Positions 18,679-27,284 of a DNA stretch of 64,000 nt are shown here, in pieces. Under the pieces are notes generated by a model, which saw only the letters and a program-made list of their open reading frames with translations, was not told where the DNA came from and did not search any database. Position numbers and translations under genes: made by a program. The stretch comes from an uncultured Actinomycetota bacterium (GTDB lineage Bacteria > Actinomycetota > Acidimicrobiia > Acidimicrobiales > Palsa-688), in NCBI GenBank assembly GCA_963791545.1, contig CAWBSR010000004.1:41707-105706 (forward strand), written 5' to 3'. Position 1 is the first letter of the stretch. Every line of letters starts with the position of its first letter.

Positions 18679-21306
18679 ATGACGCAGCCAACCCCGCCCG
18701 GGTCCTCGGGAACCGAGGGGGCCGCGGCCCGCGTCTTCAACGACCGCTACGAACTGGTCCGCCACGTGGCCCGGGGCGGTATGGCCCAGGTGTACCTGGC
18801 CAAGGATTTGCTGCTCAACCGGCCCGTGGCCCTGAAGGTCTTGTTCCCCGAGTTGTCGGTGGACCGGTCGTTCGTGGAACGCTTCCGCCGGGAGGCCCAG
18901 GCGGCCGCCAACCTCACCCATCCCAACATCGTCTCCATCTACGACTGGGGCGAGGGGGAACACACCTACTTCATCGTGATGGAGTACGTCAACGGGCGCA
19001 CCCTGGCCCAGCTGCTGCGCCAGGGGCCACTTGACGCCGACCAGGCGGCGGCGCTGGGGGCCGACGTCGCCCATGCCTTGAGCTTCGCCCACTCCCACGG
19101 CGTCATCCACCGCGACATCAAGCCCGCCAACGTGCTGATCGACAAGTCGGGCCAGGTCAAGGTGACCGACTTCGGCATCGCCCGGGCAGTAGGCGCCAAG
19201 GAGGGCCTGACCCAGACCGGCACGGTCATGGGGACGGCCACCTATTTCTCGCCCGAGCAGGCCCAGGGACATCCCGTCGACGCCCGCAGCGACGTGTACT
19301 CGCTCGGGGTGGTGCTCTACGAGATGGTCACCGGGCGGCCCCCCTTCAGCGGTGACAACCCGGTGGCCATCGCCTACAAGCACGTCCGCGAGGAAGCCGT
19401 CCCCCCCTCCCAGGTCAATCGGGCGGTGCCCCACTCGCTCGAGGCGATCATTCTCCAGGCCATGGCCAAGGACCCCAACGACCGCTACCTGTCGGCCGAC
19501 GACCTTCGCGCCGACCTCACCCGCTACGTGCGCGGCAGCGGCGTCCTGGCGCAGCCGGTCCGGCCCGCCGCGGCCGCCGTGACCCCGACCCGGGTCCAGG
19601 GCGGCTACGCCGGGACCCAGGTCCTTCCGGCCGGCGGCGTCGTGGTCCGCACCGGCGGAGCCGGCTCCGGGGCGGGACGGCCGGGCGGTCCCAACACCGC
19701 GGAGCTGGTCACCACCCAGCGGCGCAGCGGCGCCTATGTCGTGGTCCTGATCGTGATGCTGGCCATCCTCGGTGGCCTGTTGTTCCTGCTGGGCAAGCAG
19801 CTGGGCGTCTTCGGCAGCGCCACCGCCAGCCAGGTGGCGGTGCCCATGGACCTGGTCACCAAGTCGGTCGCCGACGCCCGCACCGAGTTGGAGGGGGTAG
19901 GCCTGAAGGCCAACCCCTCGTTGCCGGCGGGCACCGTGACCGCCACCACCCCCGCCGGCGGCACCACCGTCAACAAGGGGTCAACCGTCAACTTGACGGT
20001 GAGCCCCCCTACGGTCCAGGTGCCGGTGCCCAACGTGGTGGGCCAGGACCGCCAGACGGCCGAGAACGCCCTGCTGGCCGCCGGGCTGGTGCCGATGGAG
20101 GGACCGGCGGAGAACTCCGACACCGTCCCCGCCGGCAGTGTGATCAAGACCAATCCGGTGGCAGGCACCCAGGTGCCCAAGAACACCACCGTCACCGTCA
20201 CCCTCTCGCTGGGCAGGGCCCAGGTGAAGATCCCCGACGAGGCCGGCAAGGACCCGGCGAGCGCGGGCGCCGACCTCTCCGCCCTCGGGTTCAAGGTCGC
20301 CAGCGCCGCCGAGGCGTCCAACGCCCAACCGGCCGGCAAGGTGACCCGGACCAGCCCCGCCGCCGGGACATCGGTGGCGTCGGGCTCCGCGGTCACCATC
20401 TTCGTCTCCTCGGGCACCCAGCAGGTACCGGTCCCCGATGAACGGAACCAGACCGCCCAGGCGGCCCAGTCGGCGCTTCAGTCGGCCGGCTTCGTCGTCA
20501 ATGTGGTCAACCAAGCCACCACCAATCCCAACCGGGATGGCATCGTGATCAACCAGAACCCGGCCTCGGGAACCCAGGCCAGGGGGGCGACGGTGACCAT
20601 CACGGTCGGTCAGTTCAGCGGTACCGCCACCACGTCGTCGAACCTGAGCCAGCCAGTTACCCATCAGGCGGTGGCCCTCGTCGGTGAGGATCGACTCGGG
20701 ATGGAACTGCACCCCCTCGACGGGAAAGTCCCGGTGGCGCAGGCCCATGATGGTCCCGTCCTCGGTCCACGCGGTGACCTCCAGCTGGTCGGGCAGCGAC
20801 GCCGGGTCCACGACCAGGGAGTGGTACCGGGTGGCCCGGAACGGGTCCGGCAGGCCGGCCAGCACCCCCCGGCCGTCGTGATGGACGAGGGACGTCTTGC
20901 CGTGCATGACCGAGTCCGCCCGGACCACCCGGCCCCCGAATACCTGGCCGATGCACTGATGGCCCAGGCACACGCCGAGCACCGGCGTGCCCGCGGCACC
21001 GAGGACGGAGATCACGCGGTTGCTGGCACCGGCGTCCTCGGGTCGCCCCGGCCCTGGGGAGACGAGCACGCCGTCAGGCGCCAACGCCATCACGCCGTCG
21101 GCATCGATGGCGTCGTGGCGGAAGACCACCGGGTCGGCGCCCAGCTCCCCCAGGTACTGGACCAGGTTGTACACAAAGCTGTCGTAATTGTCGAGAACAA
21201 GTATCCGCGGGGCCACGACCGCGAGGCTAGGCGGCGATCGGCAGGACTAACCTCGGAGTTATGGCGACGAGACGGACCAAGGACGCCCCCAAAGGCGGAC
21301 GGGTGA
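18679..21306 (+). CDS. pknB: Ser/Thr protein kinase PknB-like with four PASTA repeats; the homology-supported part ends near nt 20640 but the frame stays open to 21306
   Basis: Kinase motifs VALKVL, HRDIKPANVLI, DFGIA and SPEQA. The TM is YVVVLIVMLAILGGLLFLLG. PASTA-like units run up to ...GATVTITVGQFSG. The remaining ~220 codons are antisense to trpG. Confidence 0.85.
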   Translation: MTQPTPPGSSGTEGAAARVFNDRYELVRHVARGGMAQVYLAKDLLLNRPVALKVLFPELSVDRSFVERFRREAQAAANLTHPNIVSIYDWGEGEHTYFIVMEYVNGRTLAQLLRQGPLDADQAAALGADVAHALSFAHSHGVIHRDIKPANVLIDKSGQVKVTDFGIARAVGAKEGLTQTGTVMGTATYFSPEQAQGHPVDARSDVYSLGVVLYEMVTGRPPFSGDNPVAIAYKHVREEAVPPSQVNRAVPHSLEAIILQAMAKDPNDRYLSADDLRADLTRYVRGSGVLAQPVRPAAAAVTPTRVQGGYAGTQVLPAGGVVVRTGGAGSGAGRPGGPNTAELVTTQRRSGAYVVVLIVMLAILGGLLFLLGKQLGVFGSATASQVAVPMDLVTKSVADARTELEGVGLKANPSLPAGTVTATTPAGGTTVNKGSTVNLTVSPPTVQVPVPNVVGQDRQTAENALLAAGLVPMEGPAENSDTVPAGSVIKTNPVAGTQVPKNTTVTVTLSLGRAQVKIPDEAGKDPASAGADLSALGFKVASAAEASNAQPAGKVTRTSPAAGTSVASGSAVTIFVSSGTQQVPVPDERNQTAQAAQSALQSAGFVVNVVNQATTNPNRDGIVINQNPASGTQARGATVTITVGQFSGTATTSSNLSQPVTHQAVALVGEDRLGMELHPLDGKVPVAQAHDGPVLGPRGDLQLVGQRRRVHDQGVVPGGPERVRQAGQHPPAVVMDEGRLAVHDRVRPDHPAPEYLADALMAQAHAEHRRARGTEDGDHAVAGTGVLGSPRPWGDEHAVRRQRHHAVGIDGVVAEDHRVGAQLPQVLDQVVHKAVVIVENKYPRGHDREARRRSAGLTSELWRRDGPRTPPKADG
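19981..21216 (-). CDS. trpG: Glutamine amidotransferase TrpG/PabA (anthranilate synthase component II); homology ends near nt 20630 but the frame stays open to 19981
   Basis: MAPRILVLDNYDSFVYNLVQYLGELG, GVCLGHQCIG (catalytic Cys) and VQFHPESILT. The tail is antisense to the pknB PASTA region. Confidence 0.8.
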   Translation of the reverse strand: MAPRILVLDNYDSFVYNLVQYLGELGADPVVFRHDAIDADGVMALAPDGVLVSPGPGRPEDAGASNRVISVLGAAGTPVLGVCLGHQCIGQVFGGRVVRADSVMHGKTSLVHHDGRGVLAGLPDPFRATRYHSLVVDPASLPDQLEVTAWTEDGTIMGLRHRDFPVEGVQFHPESILTDEGHRLMGNWLAQVRRRGGGTAELTDRDGHRRPPGLGSRGRVLVDHDAIPVGIGGGLVDHIDDEAGRLKRRLGRLGGLVPFIGDRYLLGARGDEDGDRGARRHRCPGGGAGPGHLAGRLGVGRLGGAGDLEPEGGEVGARARRVLAGLVGDLHLGPAQREGDGDGGVLGHLGACHRIGLDHTAGGDGVGVLRRSLHRHQPGGQQGVLGRLAVLAHHVGHRHLDRRGAHRQVDG

Positions 21307-21563
21307 CCCCCAAGGGCGGCCACAAGCCGGTCGCCCGGTCGGTGCCCGCCCCGTCGGGTCGCTACACGCCTCCGATCCCGAAGGAGTACAAGGAGAGCCC
21401 CCGCTGGGTGCCCGTCCTGCTGTTGACGTTCCTCGTGCTCGGCATGTGCACCATCGTGGGCAACTACCTGGGCCTGCTCCCCGGTGGCGCCCAGAACGGC
21501 TACCTGTTCCTGGGGCTGGGCTTGATCACGTGCGGCTTCATTACCGCCACCCGCTACCGGTGA
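21261..21563 (+). CDS. crgA: Cell division protein CrgA
   Basis: A 100-aa protein: SGRYTPPIPKEYKESPRWVPVLLLTFLVLGMCTIVGNYLGLLPGG plus a second TM. It lies in the conserved position next to trpG/pknB. Confidence 0.85.
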   Translation: MATRRTKDAPKGGRVTPKGGHKPVARSVPAPSGRYTPPIPKEYKESPRWVPVLLLTFLVLGMCTIVGNYLGLLPGGAQNGYLFLGLGLITCGFITATRYR

Positions 21564-21600
21564 CCCTCAGGTAGACGCAAAGTTACAGGCGTGTGACACT

Positions 21601-21625
21601 CCCCAACCTTATCCACAGGCTGGGG
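21601..21625. terminator. Imperfect hairpin between convergent crgA and the 82-aa gene (possible bidirectional terminator)
   Basis: CCCCAACC ttatccaca GGCTGGGG pairs at 7 of 8 positions. There is no clear U-tract. Confidence 0.3.
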
Positions 21626-21630
21626 AGAAG

Positions 21631-21879
21631 TCACTCGATGGTGGGGGCCAGCAGATTCATGTCCTCCAGACAGTGCCTGGGGGGCGCCGGCAGGTCCTCG
21701 CCCGCCTTGGTCATCCGCACCTGGGCCCCGCAAATGGCGCACTCGTATTTCAGATTCACCCGGCGCAGCTCCCCTTCATCGGGGGCGGGCACGGGCGTGG
21801 CCAGGGCCCGCAGGAAGAACACCCCGATGCGGATGATGACCGCGAAGGCCACCAAGGCGACGATGATCTTGATCACCAT
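21631..21879 (-). CDS. Small membrane protein with a Cys-x2-Cys...His-Cys motif, hypothetical
   Basis: MVIKIIVALVAFAVIIRIGVFFLRAL (TM), then YECAICGAQVRMTKAGEDLPAPPRHC. Confidence 0.5.
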   Translation of the reverse strand: MVIKIIVALVAFAVIIRIGVFFLRALATPVPAPDEGELRRVNLKYECAICGAQVRMTKAGEDLPAPPRHCLEDMNLLAPTIE

Positions 21880-21904
21880 GGGCGGCGCTCCTCTCCGCTG
21901 ACCG

Positions 21905-23110
21905 CTAACCCAGGCGCTCGATGATCATGGCGTTGGCCAGGCCGCCGCCCTCGCACATGGTCTGGAGGCCGTAACGGCCACCGCGACGTTCCAGCTCGTT
22001 CAACAGGGTCGCCAGAAGTTTGGTTCCCGACGCCCCCAGGGGGTGCCCCAGGGCGATGGCACCCCCGTTGACGTTCACCCGGGACAGGTCGGCGTGGTGC
22101 TCTTTTTCCCATGCCAACACCACACAGGCGAAGGCCTCGTTGATCTCGATCAAGTCGATGTCGTCGAGTTTCAGCTTGGCCCGCTCCAGGACCTGGGTGG
22201 TGGCCGGGATGGGACCGGTGAGCATGGTGACCGGGTCCACGCCGGCCAGGGCGAAGCTGTGGAACCGGGCCCGGGGGGTGAGCCCCAGGGTGGCGGCCCG
22301 TTCCTCGCTCATGATGAGCACCGCCGAGGCGCCGTCGGTGATCTGCGACGAGTTGCCCGCCGTCACCTTGCCCCCCTCGCCCTCGGGCCGGAAGGCGGTC
22401 TTTAGGTTGGCCAGCGTCTCCACCGTCGTGCCGGGCCGGATCCCCTCGTCGCGGGTCAACAGCCCGTCGGGCTCGATGACCTGGCCGCTGTCGCGGTCGC
22501 GGACCTTCATCTGCACCGGGATGATCTCGTGGTCGAATCGCCCCTCCTCGGTGGCGGCCTGAGCCAGCCCCTGGCTGCGGGCACCAAAGGCGTCCAGGTC
22601 GGTGCGCGACAGGCCCCAGCGGTCGGCGATCATCTCCGCCGAGATCCCCTGGGGCACGAGGCCTCCGGCCGGCTCGTAGCGGGCCATCATCCGGGGCCCG
22701 AAGGGGATCCCGGTATTGGGGGCGAACATGGTGGCCCCCATCGGCACCAGGCTCATCACCTCGACGCCGGCCGCGATCACCACGTCATAGGCGCCCGCCA
22801 TGACCCCCTGGGCCGCGAAGTGCACGCTCTGCTGGGACGACCCGCACTGGCGGTCGATGGTCGTCGCCGGCACCGACTCCGGGAAGCCGGCCGCCAGCAC
22901 CGCGTTGCGGGCCACGTTGACGCCCTGGGCGCCGATCTGCATGACGCAGCCCATGATCACATCGTCCACCGTCGCCGGGTCGAGGTCGTTGCGCTCGACC
23001 AGGGCGGTCAGGGTTTCCGCAGCCAGGTCGGCGGGGTGCCAGCCCGACAGCTTGCCGTTGCGCTTGCCTCCCGCGGTCCTTACCGCGTCCACGATGACTG
23101 CTGCGGGCAT
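21905..23110 (-). CDS. Acetyl-CoA C-acetyltransferase (thiolase)
   Basis: MPAAVIVDAVRTAGGKRNG, IDRQCGSSQQS (active-site Cys), NEAFA, NVNGGAIALGHPLGASG and MCEGGGLANA. Confidence 0.9.
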   Translation of the reverse strand: MPAAVIVDAVRTAGGKRNGKLSGWHPADLAAETLTALVERNDLDPATVDDVIMGCVMQIGAQGVNVARNAVLAAGFPESVPATTIDRQCGSSQQSVHFAAQGVMAGAYDVVIAAGVEVMSLVPMGATMFAPNTGIPFGPRMMARYEPAGGLVPQGISAEMIADRWGLSRTDLDAFGARSQGLAQAATEEGRFDHEIIPVQMKVRDRDSGQVIEPDGLLTRDEGIRPGTTVETLANLKTAFRPEGEGGKVTAGNSSQITDGASAVLIMSEERAATLGLTPRARFHSFALAGVDPVTMLTGPIPATTQVLERAKLKLDDIDLIEINEAFACVVLAWEKEHHADLSRVNVNGGAIALGHPLGASGTKLLATLLNELERRGGRYGLQTMCEGGGLANAMIIERLG

Positions 23111-23202
23111 GGGCCCTCCTTCAGGGTCGGGACCATCTTTCCCCAAAATTGGCAAGAGCCGAGGTCGGTGACCCCGGCTCTTGCCTCAGTTGCGCCGCTT
23201 GA

Positions 23203-23838
23203 TTACAGGTTGGGCTGCGGGGTGAGGCGGAGGTAGGGCTTTTTGGCGTCCCAACCCTTGGGGAACTTGTCCTTGGCGGCCTCATCGGAGACCGCGGGGA
23301 CGATGATGACGTCCTCGCCCCACTGCCAGTCGGCGGGGGTCGACACCTGGTAGCCGGCCGTCAGCTGCAGCGAGTCGATGACCCGCAGGATCTCCTGGAA
23401 GTTGCGCCCCGTGCTCTGGGGATAGGTGATCATGAGCTTGACCTTCTTGTCGGGGCCGACGACGAAGACCGACCGCACGGTGACGGTGTCGCCGGCGTTG
23501 GGGTGGATCATGCCGTAGAGGTCGGCGACCTTGCGGTCCGGGTCGGCGATGATCGGGAAGTTGACGGTCGTGTTCTGGGTCTCGTTGATGTCGGGGACCC
23601 AGCGCTCATGAGACTCGAGCGGGTCGACGCTGATGGCGATCACCTTGGCGTTGCGCTTGGCGAAGTCGTCCTTCAGCTTGGCCACGGTGCCAAGTTCGGT
23701 GGTACATACCGGGGTGAAGTCCTTGGGGTGGGAGAACAGCACACCCCAACCGTCGCCCAGCCACTCGTGAAACACGATGGTGCCTTCGGTGGTGTCCGCG
23801 GTGAAGTCGGGAGCTACGTCCCCGAGCTGGAGAGCCAT
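23203..23838 (-). CDS. 1-Cys peroxiredoxin (Prx6-like)
   Basis: MALQLGDVAPDFTADTTEG...WGVLFSHPKDFTPVCTTELG. GGAGGA lies 9 nt upstream of ATG 23838. Confidence 0.9.
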   Translation of the reverse strand: MALQLGDVAPDFTADTTEGTIVFHEWLGDGWGVLFSHPKDFTPVCTTELGTVAKLKDDFAKRNAKVIAISVDPLESHERWVPDINETQNTTVNFPIIADPDRKVADLYGMIHPNAGDTVTVRSVFVVGPDKKVKLMITYPQSTGRNFQEILRVIDSLQLTAGYQVSTPADWQWGEDVIIVPAVSDEAAKDKFPKGWDAKKPYLRLTPQPNL

Positions 23839-23947
23839 TCGGTGGTTCCTCCTGAAAATGTCCGGTCTCGTTTCCTGGTCCACCCTACCGCCGCCCCGAA
23901 TGAATGTCGACCGGTTGACTCAGGAATCGGTCGGGTAGGCTCGACGG

Positions 23948-24931
23948 ATGCCCAGCGGCGGCACCATCTACGACTTCCTCACCGACCACGGGGTGTCGAC
24001 AGGGACCGCCCACACCATCCAGTCCCTCTCGGTGGCGCCGCTGCGCATCGCGGTGGTCGTGGTCGTCGCCTTCCTCGTCGCCCGCCTGGTCCCCCGCAGC
24101 ACCCGGAGGATGATCCGGTCGCTGCAACTCCGGACCCCCCTCCGAATGACGTCACCCCGGGCCGCGGAGCGGGCCAGCACGGTGGGAACGGTGCTGGCCG
24201 GCATCTTCCGCACCCTCGTCTGGGTCATTGCCTTCCTGACCATCTTGGGGATCATCGGCATCAACCTGGGACCGTTCGTAGCCACGGCCACCGTCATCGG
24301 CGCCGCGGTCGGCTTCGGCGCCCAGTCGCTGGTCAAGGACTTCCTGTCGGGCATGTTGATCGTGATCGAGGATCAGTACGGGGTGGGCGACACCATCACC
24401 ACCAACGACCTGACCGGGACGGTAGAGGGCCTCAACCTGCGCACCACCCGGATCCGGGTGGCCGACGGGACGGTGTGGTACGTCGCCAACGGCGAGATCC
24501 GCAAGGTGGGCAACGCCTCTGAGGACTACAACCAGGCGGTCGTGGACATCGTGGTGCCCCCGGGCACCGACCTGTCCAAGGTGGAGGCGCTGGCCTCCGA
24601 GGAGGCGGCCGCCCTGGCCGGCGACGGCGCGTGGGAGGCCAAGATCCTCGAGCCGCCCTCGGTCCTCGGGGTCCAGGGGGTGGCCGCCGACGGCATCACC
24701 ATCCGGGTGGTGGCCAAGACCGCGGTCGGCGCCCATTTCGCGGTGGCCCGGGAGCTGCGGGCCCGCATCACCGAGCGCCTCCGCCGCGAGGCCGTGGCCT
24801 GGAACCCCGCTGCCACCGCCGCCGCCGGGACCAGTGACGCGCCGGCGGCACCGGCGGCACCGGCCGCACCCGCACCCGCAACCGACGCCGCGGCGGCGCC
24901 GGCCGCAGCCGCCACTGATGGGCCGGTCTGA
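23948..24931 (+). CDS. Mechanosensitive ion channel, MscS family
   Basis: TM helices, then LVKDFLSGMLIVIEDQYGVGDTI and GTVEGLNLRTTRIRVADGTVWYVANGEI. The C-terminal tail is Ala/Pro-rich. Confidence 0.85.
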   Translation: MPSGGTIYDFLTDHGVSTGTAHTIQSLSVAPLRIAVVVVVAFLVARLVPRSTRRMIRSLQLRTPLRMTSPRAAERASTVGTVLAGIFRTLVWVIAFLTILGIIGINLGPFVATATVIGAAVGFGAQSLVKDFLSGMLIVIEDQYGVGDTITTNDLTGTVEGLNLRTTRIRVADGTVWYVANGEIRKVGNASEDYNQAVVDIVVPPGTDLSKVEALASEEAAALAGDGAWEAKILEPPSVLGVQGVAADGITIRVVAKTAVGAHFAVARELRARITERLRREAVAWNPAATAAAGTSDAPAAPAAPAAPAPATDAAAAPAAAATDGPV

Positions 24932-24934
24932 GAG

Positions 24935-24980
24935 CGTTTTGCCAAAAAGTGATGTCCTGACAACACTTTTTGGCAAAACG
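24935..24980. terminator. AT-rich perfect 17-bp inverted repeat between convergent genes (likely bidirectional intrinsic terminator)
   Basis: CGTTTTGCCAAAAAGTG atgtcctgacaa CACTTTTTGGCAAAACG. It lies 4 nt after the mscS-family stop and 8 nt before the VIT1-like stop. Confidence 0.7.
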
Positions 24981-24987
24981 GTCCCTG

Positions 24988-25725
24988 TCAGCCGAGTCGA
25001 GTGCCCACCAGGGCGCCCAGCCCGTAGGTGACGCTCGCGGCGGCTATGGTCACGATGAGCTGGCGGACGGAGCTGTGAACCCAGGACCGGCCCGTGTAGC
25101 GGGACAGGGCGACGCCGATCAGGACGGCCGCCACCGCCCCGACCATCATGGAGATCAGGACCGCGGTCGTGCCGTGGACGAAGAACCACGGCAGCAAGGG
25201 CACCAGGGCACCGACCGCGAAGCTGCCGGCCGAGGCTCCCGCCGCCTGGTACGGGTTACCGAGCGAGCTGGGGTCGACGCCGAGTTCCTCCCGGGCGTGG
25301 GTTTCCAGAGCCAGTTCCGGAGTGCGCATCATTTCCTCGGCCAGCTCGTCGGCCACCCCGGGATCGACCCCCCGGGAGGCGTACAGCTGGGACAGCTCGG
25401 CCCGCTCGGCGTCGGGCGAGCGCTTGAGCTCGATCCGCTCCATCTCCAGCTCCCGCTGCAGCAACTCCTGCTGGGCCTTCATGGAAACGTATTCACCGGC
25501 CGCCATCGAGAATGCCCCCGCGGCCAGCCCGGCCAGGCCGGCCAGCCGGACCGACCCGGGCCCGGTGTTGGCCCCTGCCACTCCCAAGATGAGCGAGACG
25601 TTGGTGACCAGGCCGTCGCTCACGCCGAGCACGGCCGCCCGGGCGGCACCGCCTTGGATGTCGCGGTGGTGACTCTCGGGCGGTTCGGGAAGGGACTTGT
25701 TGCGAGGCGTGCTCGGTGCAGTCAT
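24988..25725 (-). CDS. VIT1/CCC1 family iron/manganese transporter
   Basis: AARAAVLGVSDGLVTNVSLILGVAGA, EYVSMKAQQELLQRELEMERIEL and C-terminal TM helices. ATG 25725 was chosen as the start. Confidence 0.8.
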   Translation of the reverse strand: MTAPSTPRNKSLPEPPESHHRDIQGGAARAAVLGVSDGLVTNVSLILGVAGANTGPGSVRLAGLAGLAAGAFSMAAGEYVSMKAQQELLQRELEMERIELKRSPDAERAELSQLYASRGVDPGVADELAEEMMRTPELALETHAREELGVDPSSLGNPYQAAGASAGSFAVGALVPLLPWFFVHGTTAVLISMMVGAVAAVLIGVALSRYTGRSWVHSSVRQLIVTIAAASVTYGLGALVGTRLG

Positions 25726-25994
25726 CTGATGACTCCGATGATCGTGAGAGTGACGAAGAGGTTGAACAATCGGGGCCCCCACGGCGGCAATGATGGTAAC
25801 AACGGCGACACCAACGGTGTTCCCCCGCTGGCCGTTGATGATGCGGGTATTGCTCCCGGAGAAACGAGTGCCGCTGAGGGGCGGGGCGTTACCAGCCGGG
25901 GGGTGGTTGGCTGCCGGCGTCCCAGGCCATTGGACTGAACGTACCCGTCCCGGGTCGTTCCATATACCTGCGGGATTTCGGTCATGCTCGTCTC

Positions 25995-27284
25995 GTGCGG
26001 ACCATGCGGGTGACCGTGAGCCGGCTCGACCGGCACCACTGGTTCCTGCTGATCCTTCTCGGGTCGGCGTCGTTCTTCCAGGGTTATGACCTCAACCTGG
26101 TGGCGGTGGCCCTGAAGCAGATCCGGGCCACGTTCGGCCTGACCCAGTCCAGCGCCTCGCTGTGGCTGGGGGTCCTGTACCTGGGGGCCCTCCCGGCGGT
26201 GTACCTGACCCGCCAGGCCGACCGCCAGGGCCGCCGGGCGGTACTCATGCTTTCTGTCCTCGGCTATTCAATCGCCACCGGCGTGACCGCCCTGGCCCCG
26301 ACCATCGCGGTGTTCGCGGGCTGCCAATTCCTCGCCCGAGGCTTCCTGGGGACCGAACAGGCGGTGGCCTGGACGATGGTGGCCGAGGAACTTCCGGCAT
26401 CGTCGCGGGGGCTCGGGTTCGGCTTCCTCGCCATGTTGGCGGCGCTCGGCGTGGGGGCCAGCTCCATCCTGTACGGCCCCGTCGGGCTGCCCTGGCGGTG
26501 GCTCTACGCCGTGGCCGCCCCGCCCCTCCTCGGATTGGCGGTGCTGCGCCGCCGGCTGCCGGAAAGCCAGCGCTTCGTGCAGGCCCGCCAGGCCGGGGTG
26601 CTGGCCGATCGGTGGCGCCAGATCCTGCAACCCCCCAACCGGCGCTGGCTGGTCCTGCTGTCGGCCACCGCCATGCTGGGTGCTCTCACGACGCACGCGG
26701 TGGCGTTGGCGCCCGACTTCCTGCAGACCCAGCGACATTTGTCTTCGGCGACGGTGGGGTGGCTGGTGACCCTGGGCGGGATACCGGCGATCCTGGTTCA
26801 GCTGGCCGCGGGTCCCCTGTCGGACCACTTCGGGCGCAAGGTGGTGGGGTGCTCCTTCGCCGGCTTGGCGGTGATCGGGGCGCTGTTGTTCTTCTTCGTC
26901 GCCCGCAGCCCGCTGGCCTTCGTGGGCTGCATCGCCCTCACCCTGAGCGGCACCCTGGGGGCTCGCCCCGCTTTGGGGGCCTTCACCTCAGAGCTGTTCA
27001 CCACGCCCATGCGAGCCTTCGGTGGCGCTGCGGTGTCGGTTTCCATCGTGATCGGCGAGGTGATCAGCCTGGGCCTGGGCGCAATGCTGCTCCGGGTGTT
27101 CGGGAACCTCCCCGATGTGGTGGCCATCTTGATACTGGGGCCGATCAGCGTGATCTTCATCGTGGCCCGTTTCTTCCCCGAGACCAAGGGGCGGGAGTTG
27201 GAGGAGATCAACCTGGCTCTGGTGGGCCCGCCGGTGGTGGCACCGCCGGTCGTGGTGACGACGCCCGATGCTCAGCACCCCTAG
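25995..27284 (+). CDS. MFS transporter
   Basis: A 12-TM-like profile, with HHWFLLILLGSASFFQGYDLNLVAVAL and LTRQADRQGRRAVL (MFS motif A-like). Confidence 0.8.
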   Translation: MRTMRVTVSRLDRHHWFLLILLGSASFFQGYDLNLVAVALKQIRATFGLTQSSASLWLGVLYLGALPAVYLTRQADRQGRRAVLMLSVLGYSIATGVTALAPTIAVFAGCQFLARGFLGTEQAVAWTMVAEELPASSRGLGFGFLAMLAALGVGASSILYGPVGLPWRWLYAVAAPPLLGLAVLRRRLPESQRFVQARQAGVLADRWRQILQPPNRRWLVLLSATAMLGALTTHAVALAPDFLQTQRHLSSATVGWLVTLGGIPAILVQLAAGPLSDHFGRKVVGCSFAGLAVIGALLFFFVARSPLAFVGCIALTLSGTLGARPALGAFTSELFTTPMRAFGGAAVSVSIVIGEVISLGLGAMLLRVFGNLPDVVAILILGPISVIFIVARFFPETKGRELEEINLALVGPPVVAPPVVVTTPDAQHP

